A stretch of 64,000 nt of DNA from Adineta vaga. Taxonomy: Eukaryota; Animalia; Rotifera. The position numbers were made by a program, and so were the translations under genes. Under the pieces are notes generated by a model, which saw nothing but the letters and a program-made list of their open reading frames with translations, ran no database searches and had not been told where the DNA came from. Shown one piece after another: positions 1 through 14,260 of the stretch. The stretch lies in assembly GCA_021613535.1 (NCBI GenBank), contig CP075495.1, forward strand, positions 6,386,001 through 6,450,000. The letters run 5' to 3'. The first letter of the stretch is position 1, and each line of letters starts with the position of its first letter.

Positions 1-1
1 A

Positions 2-112
2 CCATCAGATCGAAATCTCAATAGTAAAAAGCATGGTCCATCACCTCGATTTCGTCGACGACATACACGACAAGTACATCTCGATAAGAAAACAAAACGA
101 CCGCAAGTATGA
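2..112 (+). CDS. Probable 3' end of a gene running in from the left edge (basic C-terminal tail)
   Basis: Open frame PSDRNLNSKKHGPSPRFRRRHTRQVHLDKKTKRPQV ends at TGA 110-112, has coding-like composition, and is followed by AT-rich UTR-like sequence. Confidence 0.4.
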   Translation, partial: PSDRNLNSKKHGPSPRFRRRHTRQVHLDKKTKRPQV

Positions 113-709
113 TTTATATTCTCAAATGATTTTAGTTGCGTTTACCTCTTGCGATCAATCTATATACTGAATATTGATAAAAAAAAGAATGACGAAGAAA
201 TATTCTCCCTATGTACTATGCAATCTGTTTGTGACATAATATACGAGAAAATTGTTTCTAACAAAATGTAAATGACTACATTATGAAAAAGAATTTCAAA
301 AGACAAAATTTAAATTTCCAGTTTTGAAATTAAAGAAAAGACAAACAAATATAATTGAAAAGATTCATTGTGCCTTAATAAATACAGTTATGAAACATAT
401 TGTGGCAATTGAAATTCTAAGTATTCGGTTAGTTAATAATTTTAAAATATACTTTATACATTCTCTCACTCACTCTCTCTCGCTCCGTATCTCGAAGTTT
501 TCGTTGATAAGTGTTTATTTTGATATGTCACTCATAAAACACGGTGCCATTTGTTATTTGTGAAGTGATAATCAATTGAAAAGGCTTCGTAGTCGTCATC
601 AGAAAAAATGTAAATAAACACTTTCTATCTCCTTCTTTCTCAGATGTTGATTGAATAAACTTAAAATGAATTATTACATCAGACGTTTTTCTTTTGCTTT
701 TGTATCTAG

Positions 710-2638
710 ACGGTTTCATCCTATCTCAATGTTAGTCTTCAATCAATTGGTGGTCGAACACTTAGTTTATTCTCTCGTAGTTTTAATTTTCTTCATCCAA
801 CATTGTCATCATCGTCTCCAATCGACACTCTTGAAACGACTCGTCCTGAATCACCATTAACTAATGGCAATCATCAAGAATATAACCTCGGGTCACACTC
901 AGGTGTCTATAAAAATCAATCACGTCGAAAATATCAAACATCATCTTTAAGAAATCCCTATCGACGTTCGAGTACAAATTTTCCTGTTCATGGACATGAA
1001 GCACTTTTCTTACCGGAATTTTCTATTAAAGGAAAAATAACTGAAGCTGATTTTGAAGTAATACAAATAAACATAATCGAAATTCTTTTAAAATACTTTT
1101 CTTCATACGCTATTATCTAGGTTATTGGAATTATAGCTCGTGGTGCTTTTGGAAATGTGATACAAGTATGTTCGATACATGACAAACAAATCTATGCAAT
1201 GAAAATTATGAGTAAATCACAAATTGTGAAAGATAATGCTGTTCAACAAGTCAAAGGTAATAATTCTTCTTGTTGTTTTAAAGAATTCGATTGAAATTGA
1301 TAGAAAAAAGAAAAGAAAAATTCAAAATCTATTTCAGAAGTATCCATTAAAATCATGAGGTTTGTTGTGCATTGTAGTCAGATCTATTTCTTTTCAATTA
1401 ATATACGATGCTTTCTAGTTCATCTATTTATCGATCTTAGCTATTGCTTACAATTAGAAAGTTAAAAAAAAAAATTTCTCTGATAAACTAAATTGATCGA
1501 ACGTTTATAATGAAATCAATTATTGACTGAGTATCATATTTCTATAGTAATGATTCTTTATGTCATTTTAATATATTCAACATAAACACACTTAAACTTG
1601 TCACATCTGACAACTTCATTTAATCTTAATTATAAATAGAAAGAGAAAAACTCGCGTTTTGTTTCGATGTCGAATAAGTGATAACATGTGATGATCTAAA
1701 GTAAATATTTTTTATTGATTATCTTTGTTTTGTAGACGAAGTAACAATCGCACAATCCTGTCTTTCCTATCCTTTTATTGTTCATACACATTATTATTGG
1801 CAATCTCGTCGTTATTTATATATAATTACTGATTATGTTGAAAATGGTGAATTATTATCTTTATGGTTACGTATACGTCGTTTTCCTCAATTAATTGTTC
1901 AAATTTATATTGCACAAGTTGCGATGGTGCTTGATTATTTACACAGTAAAGGTATTATTTATCGCGATGTCAAAATGGAAAATATTCTTTTGGATGAAAA
2001 TGGAAATATTAAAATCATTGATTTTGGTCTATCAAAATGGCTTGCATTAGGTCAACGAACATCAACCATATGTGGAACATTACAATGTAATGAAGATGAA
2101 TTTTTATTTATTGTTATTTTTTCTCTTCAATTTAGATATCGCACCTGAAGTACTTAGTGTTCGTCCATATGATCATCGTGTTGATTGGTGGAGTTTAGGT
2201 ATTCTTATGTATGCTTGTTTATTTGGTGAATATCCGGTGTCAGCAACAAAAGATCACGTAACAATGGCCAGTAAAGTTTTAAATCATACATTTAACTTAC
2301 CATCCATTGCACTTGAAAATAAACTACAAGTTAAAGAATTATTATTACATTTATTAGAAAAAAATCCCAATGAACGTTTATGTTCTCTTGATGAATTACG
2401 TCAATCATCATTTATGATTAAAATTGATTTCAATCGTATTTATGCAAAAACTTATTCTCCATTAGAAATTCTCATGCATATGAAATCTGAATGGCGTCAT
2501 GAACTTCAAACACATTATAATTATCGACGAAAAGATTTCAAAAATGGCAAACATCCTGTAACATCTTCATCTCCCCGATCGAAAACTTCTTGTCAAAAGA
2601 ATGTTGACAATCAAATGTTTCAGAAGTTTTCGGAGTGA
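710..2638 (+). CDS. AGC-group Ser/Thr kinase, RSK-related (RSKR/SGK494-like); multi-exon, true start not resolved
   Basis: Exons ~710-1057, 1121-1256, 1736-2086, 2136-2638 join at GT-AG sites. Motifs: IARGAFGNV, YAMK, YRDVKMEN, DFG, TICGTLQYIAPE, DWWSLG. The upstream 'FPVHGHEALFLPEF' segment is typical of RSKR-like kinases. Confidence 0.85.
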
Positions 2639-3434
2639 ATTTCATTTATTTTTGTTTTGATTTTATAAAATATACATATACATTTATATATAAATCTATC
2701 TATCTTTTTTTTTCTCTTTGTTTCATATCGAATTTTTTTCTTGTTTTGTTTTTTTGTAATATATTGAAATATTTTTCAGTTCGTTTTCTTTTCTGAATCG
2801 TAATATATATAGAAATTAGTTTTGAAAAATTTGAACTTTCTTTTCTTTTTAACTAAAACAATTTCGTCATACAATTATTATATGACTAGTTATACTTCAT
2901 TAAAAAGTTAATATTATTACAGATGTCAACAATGAAAAACCATCTGTTTAATACCTTTTGGCAAAAGAACACATAAATCAATAAATAAATATACAAAAAA
3001 TAATTGAGATTACGAATACCATACATAGTTGAACTATCAACAAGAATATTTCGTCTTTGTGTTGAAAATATTTCATGGTTTACATATCGAATCTATTTCT
3101 ATCACCTAGTTTAAAGTAGAATTTATTTCTTAAGTCTTATGTTTTTTCATATCTAAATAAAATATTGATTTATCTTGTATGATTAATGAAATTACAATGA
3201 AAAGCATATTTTTCTCTCATCTATTTTGTTTTATTAAAGAAAAATATTGACACGAGTAAATATCTATGTTCAGTCTGAAATGATAATAATAAAATCTCTG
3301 TTTTTCTCTGTCAATTGTGAAAGTTTATCTTGTTTCCTAGTAGATATTGACAAAGAGAGAAAAAAAAATAAAATGTCAAAATACTCAGAACTTGTTTTTT
3401 TCTACTTAATGTGTTTCTCTTTCTAAGCTAACCC

Positions 3435-4555
3435 ATGGTCTTAACAATTACTATTATGAAACAACGATTATTTTCCATTTGTTTTCTGTTTTCATGTTTC
3501 ATTACTGGATTTGCAATGAATTCTGATTTCAGAATAGCAATGGATTTTACCTTTATACAAGATAAACAATGGAGAAATACTCCTTTAATTGCACGAATCT
3601 GTCTTAAATGCAAACCTTCAATATTTTATTATTTGAAAGGCATCTGGAACGATGATAATAGACTTAAGGTCGAACAAGTTCAGTGCATTAGTTCTCAACG
3701 TGGTAATCCGTATTGTAAATGGCCATCTAGTAATAATATTCGTTTTCTTTGATTTTATCAAAGTTGTTTTTTATATCTTTAGATGTATTTTTCTTACTTC
3801 AATATACACCGAAATTCGATAATCTGACATTACATATAGAAAAACCAACTGAGGATCTTAAAGATTCTCTTCGTCGTTTTACTCAATCAACATTGGCGTC
3901 CATGACAGAGTACAACTTAACATGTACTCTTCGAGAAGGCTCATTTGTAACAGCAGATAGACCGCGAAATCCATATCCATATGGTTTATCGAATACAAGT
4001 CTTTTTGGCGTTATTTTTCTAGGTACATGTGTTGTTCTTGTTTGTGGCCTTTGTACAATTTGGTTTTCGGTTTTTTATTATCGTCGATTTATTCAACAAC
4101 GAAAAGAGAAAAAAACTCTTGAAGAACTTGCTAAATCAACCGAACAAATGCTTGCAAAATCGCCTATCATTATCTTTGATCTTGATAATAAAGATGAAAA
4201 ATATGGTGATGATGATCCGCTATGTGCAATTTGTTTAGAACCATTTAAAGCAAAAGAAAGAATTCGTAAACTTGGTAATTCTAAAGAATATCTCTCGATT
4301 TAATTTGATTTAACTAAATGTACGTTTTTTTTATATTTAGGTTGTGCACATTACTATCATCTTGATTGTATTGACCCATGGTTAATATCTCATCAAAGTT
4401 GTCCACTTTGTAATCGAAATATTTTACGCAGTTCAATTCCTTCGATATCATCGACAGTTATGAGAGCAATAAATGATCGAAATCATGGTGAAATAACAAC
4501 TGATATTAATAGTAATCATATTCAAGCTTTTGAAGTGGCAAATTCAAATTTATAA
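3435..4555 (+). CDS. Signal peptide + TM + RING-H2 E3 ubiquitin ligase (Goliath/RNF130/RNF13-like)
   Basis: Exons ~3435-3714, 3783-4274, 4341-4555. N-terminal hydrophobic signal, TM segment (LFGVIFLGTCVVLVCGLCTIWFSVFYY), RING-H2 CAICLE...LGCAHYYHLDCIDPWL...CPLC. Confidence 0.85.
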
Positions 4556-5835
4556 TGCAAAAATTAAGAAAAAACTATTTTCATCGATCTTTTTGTTCTC
4601 TTTTTCATTGCTTTAGAATAACGTTCTGTGATGCTCTCTCAATTTGTCTGTATGTTGTGCTATGCAATAATGTAGATATTCTCTTGTTATTCTTAACACT
4701 TCAATCATTTTCTTTTATACTTATACACAGATTTCAGTTCTATACCGTGATGTAAACAAAAAAAAAAGAAGAAGTCCCATTATTTATTTTTCTCTGTTAA
4801 AAAAAAGAAACATACATTCATCTTCATTACTCACCGTTTGTTCTATATGATTATCTCAGTTTGATCGAGAGGCGTGTTAAACAACAGCTGCATTATATAA
4901 AGTTGAATTCAATTGGTCACCTGTACAATACTCGATAAAGTATATGAAAGTGAAAGAGGAAAAAATAGTGTCCTTCATTCTTTCTCTCGTCTTTTAACAA
5001 ATTACACAGCAGCTAAAGAACATGCATCTATTTCTAATATGTCTATTTTGGTTTGTATTCAATGATCGAACTTTTGACCTTCACTGTATATGTATGCATT
5101 TTAATCGAAGTTGGAATTTTTCTTTCATTCGCTTTCATTTTCAATTGTTTCACACATGTGAATCAAATCTATATGACTATGCATGTAACTGAAAACAGAA
5201 CGAAGAGAAACTCCGACAAATATATACTATTACATCTTATGCGAATTCGTTTTTTTCTTCGCTTCCTTTTTCTTTGACATTGATGCCATACATATAATTA
5301 TTCTATACGAGAGAAGAGGAATACGAAAAAACCTGATTAGAATGGACAATATATCTTCTGTATGATTAATCGAGACGAACAAATTTAATCCATACCTATG
5401 TGTACATCTTTTTATTTTCTTCGTTCTCTCTTCTTTTTTATATTTTAGACAACTATTATATCATTCAGTCTTCTTATAACTATTGACAACAAACTTATGA
5501 TAATGGTCGATACATATTTGATTGTTAGAAAATAATGGTTAAATAGTAGGATAGGATTGAATTTTATATAACCAACAATAAAAACAAGCCGAAGAAAAAT
5601 CGTAAAAAACAAGAATTCAGTATTTTGCTTTTGCATTTGTCCACTTCAAAAACTGGATAAGGTAAGATGATAAAAACGGAGAGAAGAAAAAAAACGAACC
5701 CTATAGGTAAAGAAAACGTCAATTTTTTTCGTATACTTATGAAAGAAATAGTCGGATGTCAGAGTACATTAGTATTATTGAAAGTGATTTGAAGACATTA
5801 TGCATTATTCAAGTAGATGTAAGTCCATTGAACGC

Positions 5836-5838
<3 letters not shown>

Positions 5839-5867
<29 letters not shown>

Positions 5868-5868
5868 T
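5839..5868. repeat. (CT)n microsatellite
   Basis: Run of tctctc... visible in the sequence. Confidence 0.9.
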
Positions 5869-7465
5869 TCGGATGTAATATTTTCTTTTCGAAAGTAAAA
5901 ATGAATATGAAGAGATGAAAGTGTGAAGATTCATTTGTAATTCACACATCTAGTAAGATAGTTTTATTCTATTTTAGAATTGAATTGATAGAGAATCGAT
6001 TGCACATTTTTGTTTTTTCAATTGATAGTCTGTTAATTGTATCGGATTTTTTCAAGGTATTTTTAAGAAAACAATGAAGTTTTATTTCTTCTGTCAAGGT
6101 CTTATACTTTGCTTGTCATCGAAATATAATTTTCGTTTTTTTTTCGCTCTGTCTTCATGTTTAATTTGTTCGTCAAACAATCCAACATCGTTGTCTTGTA
6201 CGAAATGAATTGACCTTTTCCTTATTTGAATCAACGCGTATAGAGACAAAAAGAAGAAAAAGATACATAGATCCATATCTAATACAATGTCCTGTTTCGT
6301 TCGTCTTTATTTTGTGTCTACATAGACTCGATGTTCACTTGAGAGATTAGATGACAACGACAACAACGTCTGCATTGTTTAATTATTTTGTCATTGAAAT
6401 ACAATCTCAAGAGGACTAGTCTAAATCAATATTCTTATGATATCAGTTATTTTTCTTCTTATTAGAATTAAACAAGGTAAGCATATTTAATGTTCTCGTA
6501 GTTTCGAGGTCAGATACACACGTATTTATATTCATCAATGATTAGAATATAATGAGTTCATCAGTTAGATACGCATCGTTTAACATACATATGTATATAT
6601 TCCTTCATTAGAATGTCTGAATAAATATCGACTAGACAAAGAATCATGTCTGTAATGGTAGTAGTTAAATTCGATGATAAAAGAATTGTTAGCAATAAGT
6701 AAAATTGAAGAATCGTTCATTTCTTTCTCTTTCTTATGTTGATTTCAAATTGAATTAGTCAAAATTTCAAGAGTAAGTATGTAACCTTCATTTCAAGTCA
6801 ATATTTTCTTTATTAAATGGATTTACTATTTTTCTTTTGCGATTGATTTATGGAAGTATGAGGACAGATGTGAAAAGAAATGCATCATATATACATAATT
6901 ACCTAATAAAAAATATTTATATTCATTCTTATTGGTACGATATTTCTCTAGAACAGAAAGAACAGAAAAAGAAAATATCTCTAGTATAGTCTTTGAAGTT
7001 ATTACCTATGTGATTCGATAAGAACTAGAATAATATTTGCTAAATTTTTTGTTCACACAAACACATCTAAGATGTTCGACTAGTGTTAATCGAAATAGAT
7101 CCTCTAGGGTGATTTGTTTAATATATCTACACAATACAACTAATTGAGGTTCTAAGCCCCCCTTTTAGTCTCTTTTGCTCAATTTTCAAATGAGTGAAGT
7201 GAAGAAAGGCATACATAGATATGTACGTATAAAGCAGCCTTAAGACAAAAAATGAATGATCGACGACGATACTTCTCACTTGATAATATCGCTGTGTGAA
7301 TAGATCTTTCATATGCTGATAACACAATTTTACCTATCTTGACAAAAATTTAATCGCCTTAGATGGGTTGTTTCGCATAAATATTAGCACATAGCTCATT
7401 TACATAGATGCATACATACATATACAATGCCATTTCTATTCTTTTTAGTATTGAACATTTAAACA

Positions 7466-10400
7466 ATGAAAAAACAATCTGAATTCGGAACAAATATTAT
7501 ACGTTCAGATACATGTGTACGTGAAAGTATACGTAGTTTACCTCGTGGACATTTTCAACAGATAAGACAAATGTTTGATAAACCATCATGTCCAACAAAG
7601 AAGTTATCAACTATTTATGAACGACAACAAAAACCGCTTCCATCACATGTTCTACTACGATTACCTGTTACAGATGATGAAAAATTACAACATACGACAA
7701 CAAATGATGAACATCAACTGACCAATAGTAAATCAACATTGGAAGAACAATATCGTGATTATCTTGCTGAATATCACGCATTTCGTTTAAAACTTACAGA
7801 TGAATTTCTTGAACATAAAACAATATATCCAACAAAACAAGATAATCATTTATTAACACAATCAACATCCTTGCCTCATGAGAATCATTCAAAAAAAGGT
7901 GAGATAGATGTGTATGTGAGGGTGTGCTTTTTTTCTTCTCTGACATAGAACATAGACATGAAATAGTCATTTTATTGAATGGAAGAAATCTGTTTTATTT
8001 CTTTTTTTTTCATAAATCATCGGGGAACGATGAAAAATAATAGTAAAAAACACAGAGATAATCGTATGAAGGTCGTCATTTTCTTTCTCTATGCACACAT
8101 TTCAAAGCAGTTAGATGCTTTGTGTAGAGAAGAATGAGAGAAAAATGTCATAAGAATAAACATCAGAACATTTCGAGATAACGAAAAACTATATAAAAGA
8201 AAAGAAGAGGATGGCAAAGACTATAACGTTAAGCGTAGGCGTATAACATCAGTATTTCGTTAGTCACTCTCCACCTCCATACATTTTCACTTTATTCTGC
8301 TGTCTTTCTTTTCTTTATGACTTTTATATTCTTATGTGAAACAAACCGTAAATAACTATGTTTCTATTTTAGAGGCATTTTTATATCCCTCATCTTTACC
8401 TCAACAGTTATCTTCGCCTAAAATTCCATGTTAATCACACCTGAATTAACTAAACCTCGTCAATTATCCATGTCGACAGCGATCAATTATACTGACAGTT
8501 ATGATTCATTGCCATCAAATCATATGAATCGTACTGGAAGTAGTCGACAATATGTATCTAGTATACAACGAACTGGTGATGTTGATGTAAAACCAATCGC
8601 TACTACAACTCCAGCTGTATTAAGTCCATTAAAAGATAATTCCTCATCTACAATATTTCATGAAAACTATGATACTATTCAACCTTCACGACGTCTTCAT
8701 TCATCAACATCGTTATCATCTACAGGTTATGATTCAAATTCTTCACCGTCGATTAAATCTAAACGTAATTCAATTGCAACTAATAATAGTAATGATTGTC
8801 TAATGCATTCAACATATTCATCTTCTTCTTCGTCATCATCCCCATTGAGTGATGATCTTCATCAACAACATCACCAATCTAAATCATGGGTAAGTCTTTC
8901 AATGAGAAGAATCTTCACTAAAAAAAGTCATATCTAATGTTTAGATACAACAAAAATCAACTGCTACAAACCCAACATCGTTTTCGCCAACTCATGAACA
9001 CTGCGTTTTTGATAGTTCAAATGAACCATCACCATTGATAAGTCGTACACATATCAAACTAAATCCTCCAGTACTTGAACAACGTCCCGGGCCTGCTGTT
9101 CGTTATGCTATTGTTCGTAATGCAACGTTTACCGTTGATTCTCCATCAACATCATCTACGATACACGAACCTATAATAGGAAATAAAAAAGCACATAATT
9201 CATCATATACAGTTCAAACAACATCATTTCTCAATGATACAGATAGTACAGTAGATAAAAAAATTCGTCGATGGAATAATATCTATTCAGATCGTCGAGA
9301 ACTCGTCAATGCTATGCATAAGACTAGAAAATATCCGTTGATATCTACTAACTCAACAGGTTTTGCAGTTATGCAAATGAATAATGAACAACAACAATTG
9401 AAAACAGCCGTATTCGATCCTATTATTGAACATAAACAAATGGATCAACGAGAAGAAAGTCCTATATCTGTACCAAATGATCCAGTATTCGATCGATTAC
9501 CACCGAAAAAACCGCCAAGAATATTTAGAAATGAAAACAAAACTGCTCGTAAATTACCAACCAATGATCAAAAAGTTCCGACATTGTCATCATCTTCGGA
9601 TAGTAATTCACCATCATTCGATCTCGGTAAGAAATTTGCTTAGAAAATCGTTTCTTTTGAATGCACTTTGATTCTAAGATTAAAAGTTAGAAATTCGAAA
9701 TGATAAGTAATGATTCATGTAAAATACATTCTGTGTGACATAATTTACATGTTTAGGATGATATGGTATTCGTAAAATTTCATGAATAATCTTTTATTAA
9801 GTTATTTGTATAAAATTTTCATGTTTTTCTGTAATGCACGATATGGGAATCCAGTAATCGGATGTTAAATATCAACTGTCGTTCTTTTATCTTTTTTCTC
9901 TTTCTGAATGTTAAGTTGATGACACACTCAGGATCAAATGTTCTATGTTCAAATTTAAATCTAAACGTCCATGACACATCGAACTATTTATCTCTTAACT
10001 AAAATTAATACTTAAATTCCTTTGTTTTAGGTGCACGTTCAAGCAGTTGTATGAATCTAACTGCTGGTGCTTCGTCCACTGCTCTATCATCATCCTCATC
10101 ATCATCATTATTTGGTCTTCGAACACCAAAACATGAACGTTATCAAGTTCCACGTCGATCAAGTGTTACATCTGAGAAAACAACAAAGAAATCGAATTTA
10201 AATGAGAATATTTCTGCAGAAATAAAAATTGCATCATCATCATCAACGATCAAAATTACTGATTCACCACAAGTTTCAACTCATAGTTCTCAATCATCAA
10301 AAACAAATCATAATGATATTATTCTTCGTACACCATTGTCAACGACAACAAAAACAAAAATGAATCAACCACTGTCATCAATGAAATCTATTATGAAAAA

Positions 10401-12187
10401 AGGTGTTAGTGAACCAAATCTTACAAAAACATCTGGTATGAAATCACCCTTTTCTCCACGTGGTATCTTAGATCGTTTTAAACGTATGCTTCCATTAACA
10501 TCGTCAAAACAATCATTAAATGAGAAAACAAGTAATCCAAACGATAGTGATGATTCGACTAGTACATCATCTGAAACTACTAATGATCATATACGAACAT
10601 CTCGACTTGATCATGTTAGTCGCGTGAAAACTGTCTATGATTCATTGGGTAATTCCAGTCATATGTCAAGTTTATTAACTGATCCTAATTTGGATAGTTC
10701 AACCAATGAATTAACAACTTTATATGAATATGTTATACATATTGTACCTGAACAAGAGATTGGTTATTTTTCACATGGTACTGGTTGTTTATCATCATCA
10801 AATATTCATTCATCTGAACAAGTTTCAACATCAACATCGATACGTTTTAAATATCCCATGGATGCAAATGATGAAACAACATTGAAATATTTCTGTTTTC
10901 CTGATCAACATGATTCAAATAATAATCCACTATTATTAACAAAGAAGACTACACAAGAATATTTTCGTTTTATATTAACAAATATGCATGGTACAAGACA
11001 ATATGGTTATTGTTCACGATTTTTTCATAAAGGTATTCTTAATGCATTATGTATTGTTTCTCCATATGATATGATTGAAATCTATGAAAAAATTCTTTCA
11101 ACAGCAACAGAATTATTCATATCCTATAAAGATGATGATGCAAGAAGATTTTTAATAGAAATCTATCCACATCAATTACCTAGTCGTGGTGATACAATAC
11201 ATATTGATACATCAACAGTTGGATTATATACATTGAAATGTGAACAAGATCGAAGAAAAGAATTGATCGATTCAGTAACATTACTTAGTTTATCTACAGG
11301 TAAGAATTCAAATACTAATAAAATGTACAAAAAAAGACAATTTCCTATGCTTTTATTTAGAAACAATTATCAAAATATTTTCAGCAATACTTTATGAACA
11401 AAAAGTAATCTTCATTAGTAATGATCTTGGTCCATTAACACGTTTAATCAATACATTTATTTGTCTTCTCTATCCATTTTCGTGGCCACATACTTATGTT
11501 CCAATTCTTCCTGCATTAATGCTCGATATTATTCAAGCACCTACACCTTACATTATTGGAATTTTACGTTCTTGTGAACCATATCTATCAGCAAATGAAG
11601 ACCTTTTATCTCAAGATAATTCCGATATAATTATTGTTGATATTGATCATGATCGTATTCGTTCAATAAATGATTATATCACCGGTAATATTTCACGTGG
11701 TTCAACAGATAACTTGCATAATCTTCAATTGTCTCATTCTGAACCTACACGTTTTCAAATATTACCAAAAATTTTTAAAATTGAATTAAAACAAGAAATC
11801 TCGTTATTACGAAAGACAAAATTAAGTTTATCATTAGATGAATGTCAACAGCGTTTACGTGATGTTTTCATGTCAATATTTGTTCAATCATGTTATAATT
11901 ATAAAGACTATTATTATAAGAAATTTCAACGTGAAGATTTTCTTCAATCAAAACAACATACAATTGAATTATTTCTAGAATGGTTTACACGAACGCAAAT
12001 TTTTGAATTATTTATTCGACAAAAATTTGAACTTGCCCATTCGAATCAATTTGCACGAACATTTGATTTCGTTTGTGAAAAATATAGTCAAACAATGAGT
12101 AAACAAATAGCATCACAACGTATGACAGCCAAATCTGTTAAACGAAAATCTGCAACACGAACAAATAAGCAAGAAAATCGATTTTAA
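7466..12187 (+). CDS. DENN-domain Rab GEF (DENND2/ST5-like) with a long Ser/Pro-rich N-terminus
   Basis: Exons ~7466-7898, 8372-8889, 8945-9626, 10031-11299, 11361-12187. DENN motifs FCFPD, LTNMHGTRQYGYC, LLYPFSWPHTYVPILP, APTPYIIG, FTRTQIFELFI. Confidence 0.85.
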
Positions 12188-12580
12188 TCAATCTGTTTTT
12201 TCCCTACAAATTAATTAGTCAGATAAAATTCGTTCTTGTACAAAGCTATATATATATATGTGCGTGTGTATGCTCTTTGATTATGTAACAGTCATCGGAT
12301 AAATAATTAAAGCAACAAAAAAGATAATATGTATGTGTGTGTGTGTGTGTAAGTGCTGCGTTACGTTCGTTTCTTCTTTTTTTTTATTGAAAATATTTAA
12401 TTTATTTGTGTCCTTGTTTTTCTTTTTACATTAAATATAAGATAAGAAGTACAACGTTTATGATGAATGTATATCATTGAAGATAGCATCTAAAAGGTAT
12501 TATTCTCTGAAACTAAATAATTCCTTCGATTCTTAGATGTTTATTTATTTCGGAAAAAAGAATCTTTCCATTCATGAAAT

Positions 12581-13066
12581 TTATGCAGGTGCATTTGGAT
12601 TCACATTACATCTAAACAGAGAATATTTGAATATTATGATCAACAACATTTATCACAACTTACAATGCCGTATCGCAGAAGATCCATGCAGCGTCTTGTT
12701 CGTAAAGTAATGTATATGGTAATTGTCTTTGCATAAATCCATACTCCCATGAACAACCACGAAACATTTCTATAGAAGAAAAGACTTTTTTATTCGAGAG
12801 AATACAAATTTCATGAGATAACATACGATTTCCTTTGATACGAGTATAGCATTGTCCATTACATGGAACTTTATTGTATGCCAAAGCAACTGTATCAACA
12901 GTTAGTTGACAATTAGGATTTCGAGAATCACATTGATAACACCAACCAGCCGCACACCAAACTAAATCAAACTAGAAGATATAGAGTTCAATTATGGAAA
13001 AATCTTACTCGTCTCAATGAGACATATCCAAGTGATAATGACAATGAAGAAATATTTGCTAGTCAT
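12581..13066 (-). CDS. Small secreted cysteine-rich Ly6/three-finger-like protein
   Basis: Four exons reconstruct MTSKYFFIVIITWICLIETIDLVWCAAGWLYQCDSRNPNC...PCNGQCYTRIKGNQMFRGCSW...FCDTALCNVNPNAPA*. The YQC start, RGC and terminal LCN motifs fit the LU/three-finger pattern. Confidence 0.65.
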
Positions 13067-13629
13067 TGTATGATATCTTCTGAAATAAAAAGGGAAAAGT
13101 AAATGTTATTTTCGTTTAATAGCTTGATTTATTGAATCATTTTGAATTCGATCGAAAATATCCGAAAATGATATTTGATCTTTAGCCATTTAAACCTTTG
13201 CTCCCATCATCAAATGTTTTTACAAGGTTAAGAAGGTCTTAACTAAAAAAAAGTTTTCTTCAATTTCAATTATAGATCGATTTTCTTTTCTAACAGATGC
13301 AATCGATTAGTAGATAACATAGTTTGATACTATATACATTCACGATTACTCTGCATTGGCGTTATAGAAATATTTTGATGCATCATATTTTTTTAAGATT
13401 AATAGCTTGAAATAGAATATTAAACTATTGTTTTCTTCTAGAAAGTATTTTGATTAGTACTCTTATTGGTTGGAATGAAATATTATACTTTAGAAAGGTT
13501 TTTTTGATCTGAAAGATAACAAATATCAATGTAATTATACTTGACAAATAGTAACAAAACATTTAATGACTAGTACATCATCATTTATATTTTATACTAG
13601 ATATTCAAGTAGATACGATCAAATTCAAC

Positions 13630-14260
13630 CGTCTCTATGCCAAGATAAACATTGTTCGGAATCATTTTGTCTTGATTGTATGAAAGAATATAAAGATGAA
13701 ATGGAACAAAATTAAGAAGAAGTTACAATGAAGTAAAACAATTACTAATTTAACAGCAGAGAGAGAACGAATTGATTCTGAAATCGACAATGAAGAAAAA
13801 TGCACACCAGTTTGTCGAAGAAGTATATCTTTTGATTATGTTAATTTGGTTTCATTTTAGATGTTCGTTTCGGAGATCGAATCAGCATCAAAACCAAATA
13901 TTAGTAATCTTCATGACGAATATTTGGTTTTGTAATCGAGCTAGACATGAACCCACATCATTCATTGTTAATTGTATGGTAATCGATGGGCACAGGTACA
14001 GATTGCAGCTAACACTGATCATCTATGAATTGATATAACTGGGAAACTTATGATGTCAATTTTCGGATCGTACGATCAATCAATTTTATGTGATTCTGGA
14101 GCAACAAAGATTTTTTATCCTTTCTTCAAATGGTAATGAACAGGTGGTCAACTTAGGAAACTGCTGTTAATACTCATCGTATGGTTTTAATAAAATCACG
14201 TTTTGATTTAGAATTAGTACGATGTTAAATATTTGAGATAACGTTCTAATACGGCATTCA
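13630..14260 (+). pseudogene. Decayed B-box-like zinc finger/coiled-coil gene, paralogue of 24470-25580
   Basis: CQDKHCSESFCLDCMKEYKDEMEQN*...YNEVKQLL and, downstream, GNRWAQVQIAANTDHL* resemble segments of the 24470 locus. Contains in-frame stops and frameshifts. Confidence 0.55.

Noticed and set aside
4555-7330. Short hydrophobic ORFs (4555, 5053, 5445, 6094, 7127) and similar ones at 33293-33913, 54888-55438 and 58181-59880
   Set aside because: F/L/I/K-rich translations expected from AT-rich UTR, intron or intergenic DNA; no domain or exon support.
7105-7361. Possible hAT-type MITE (tagggtgatt ... aatcgcctta)
   Set aside because: Only an 8/10 inverted match and no target-site duplication; could be chance.
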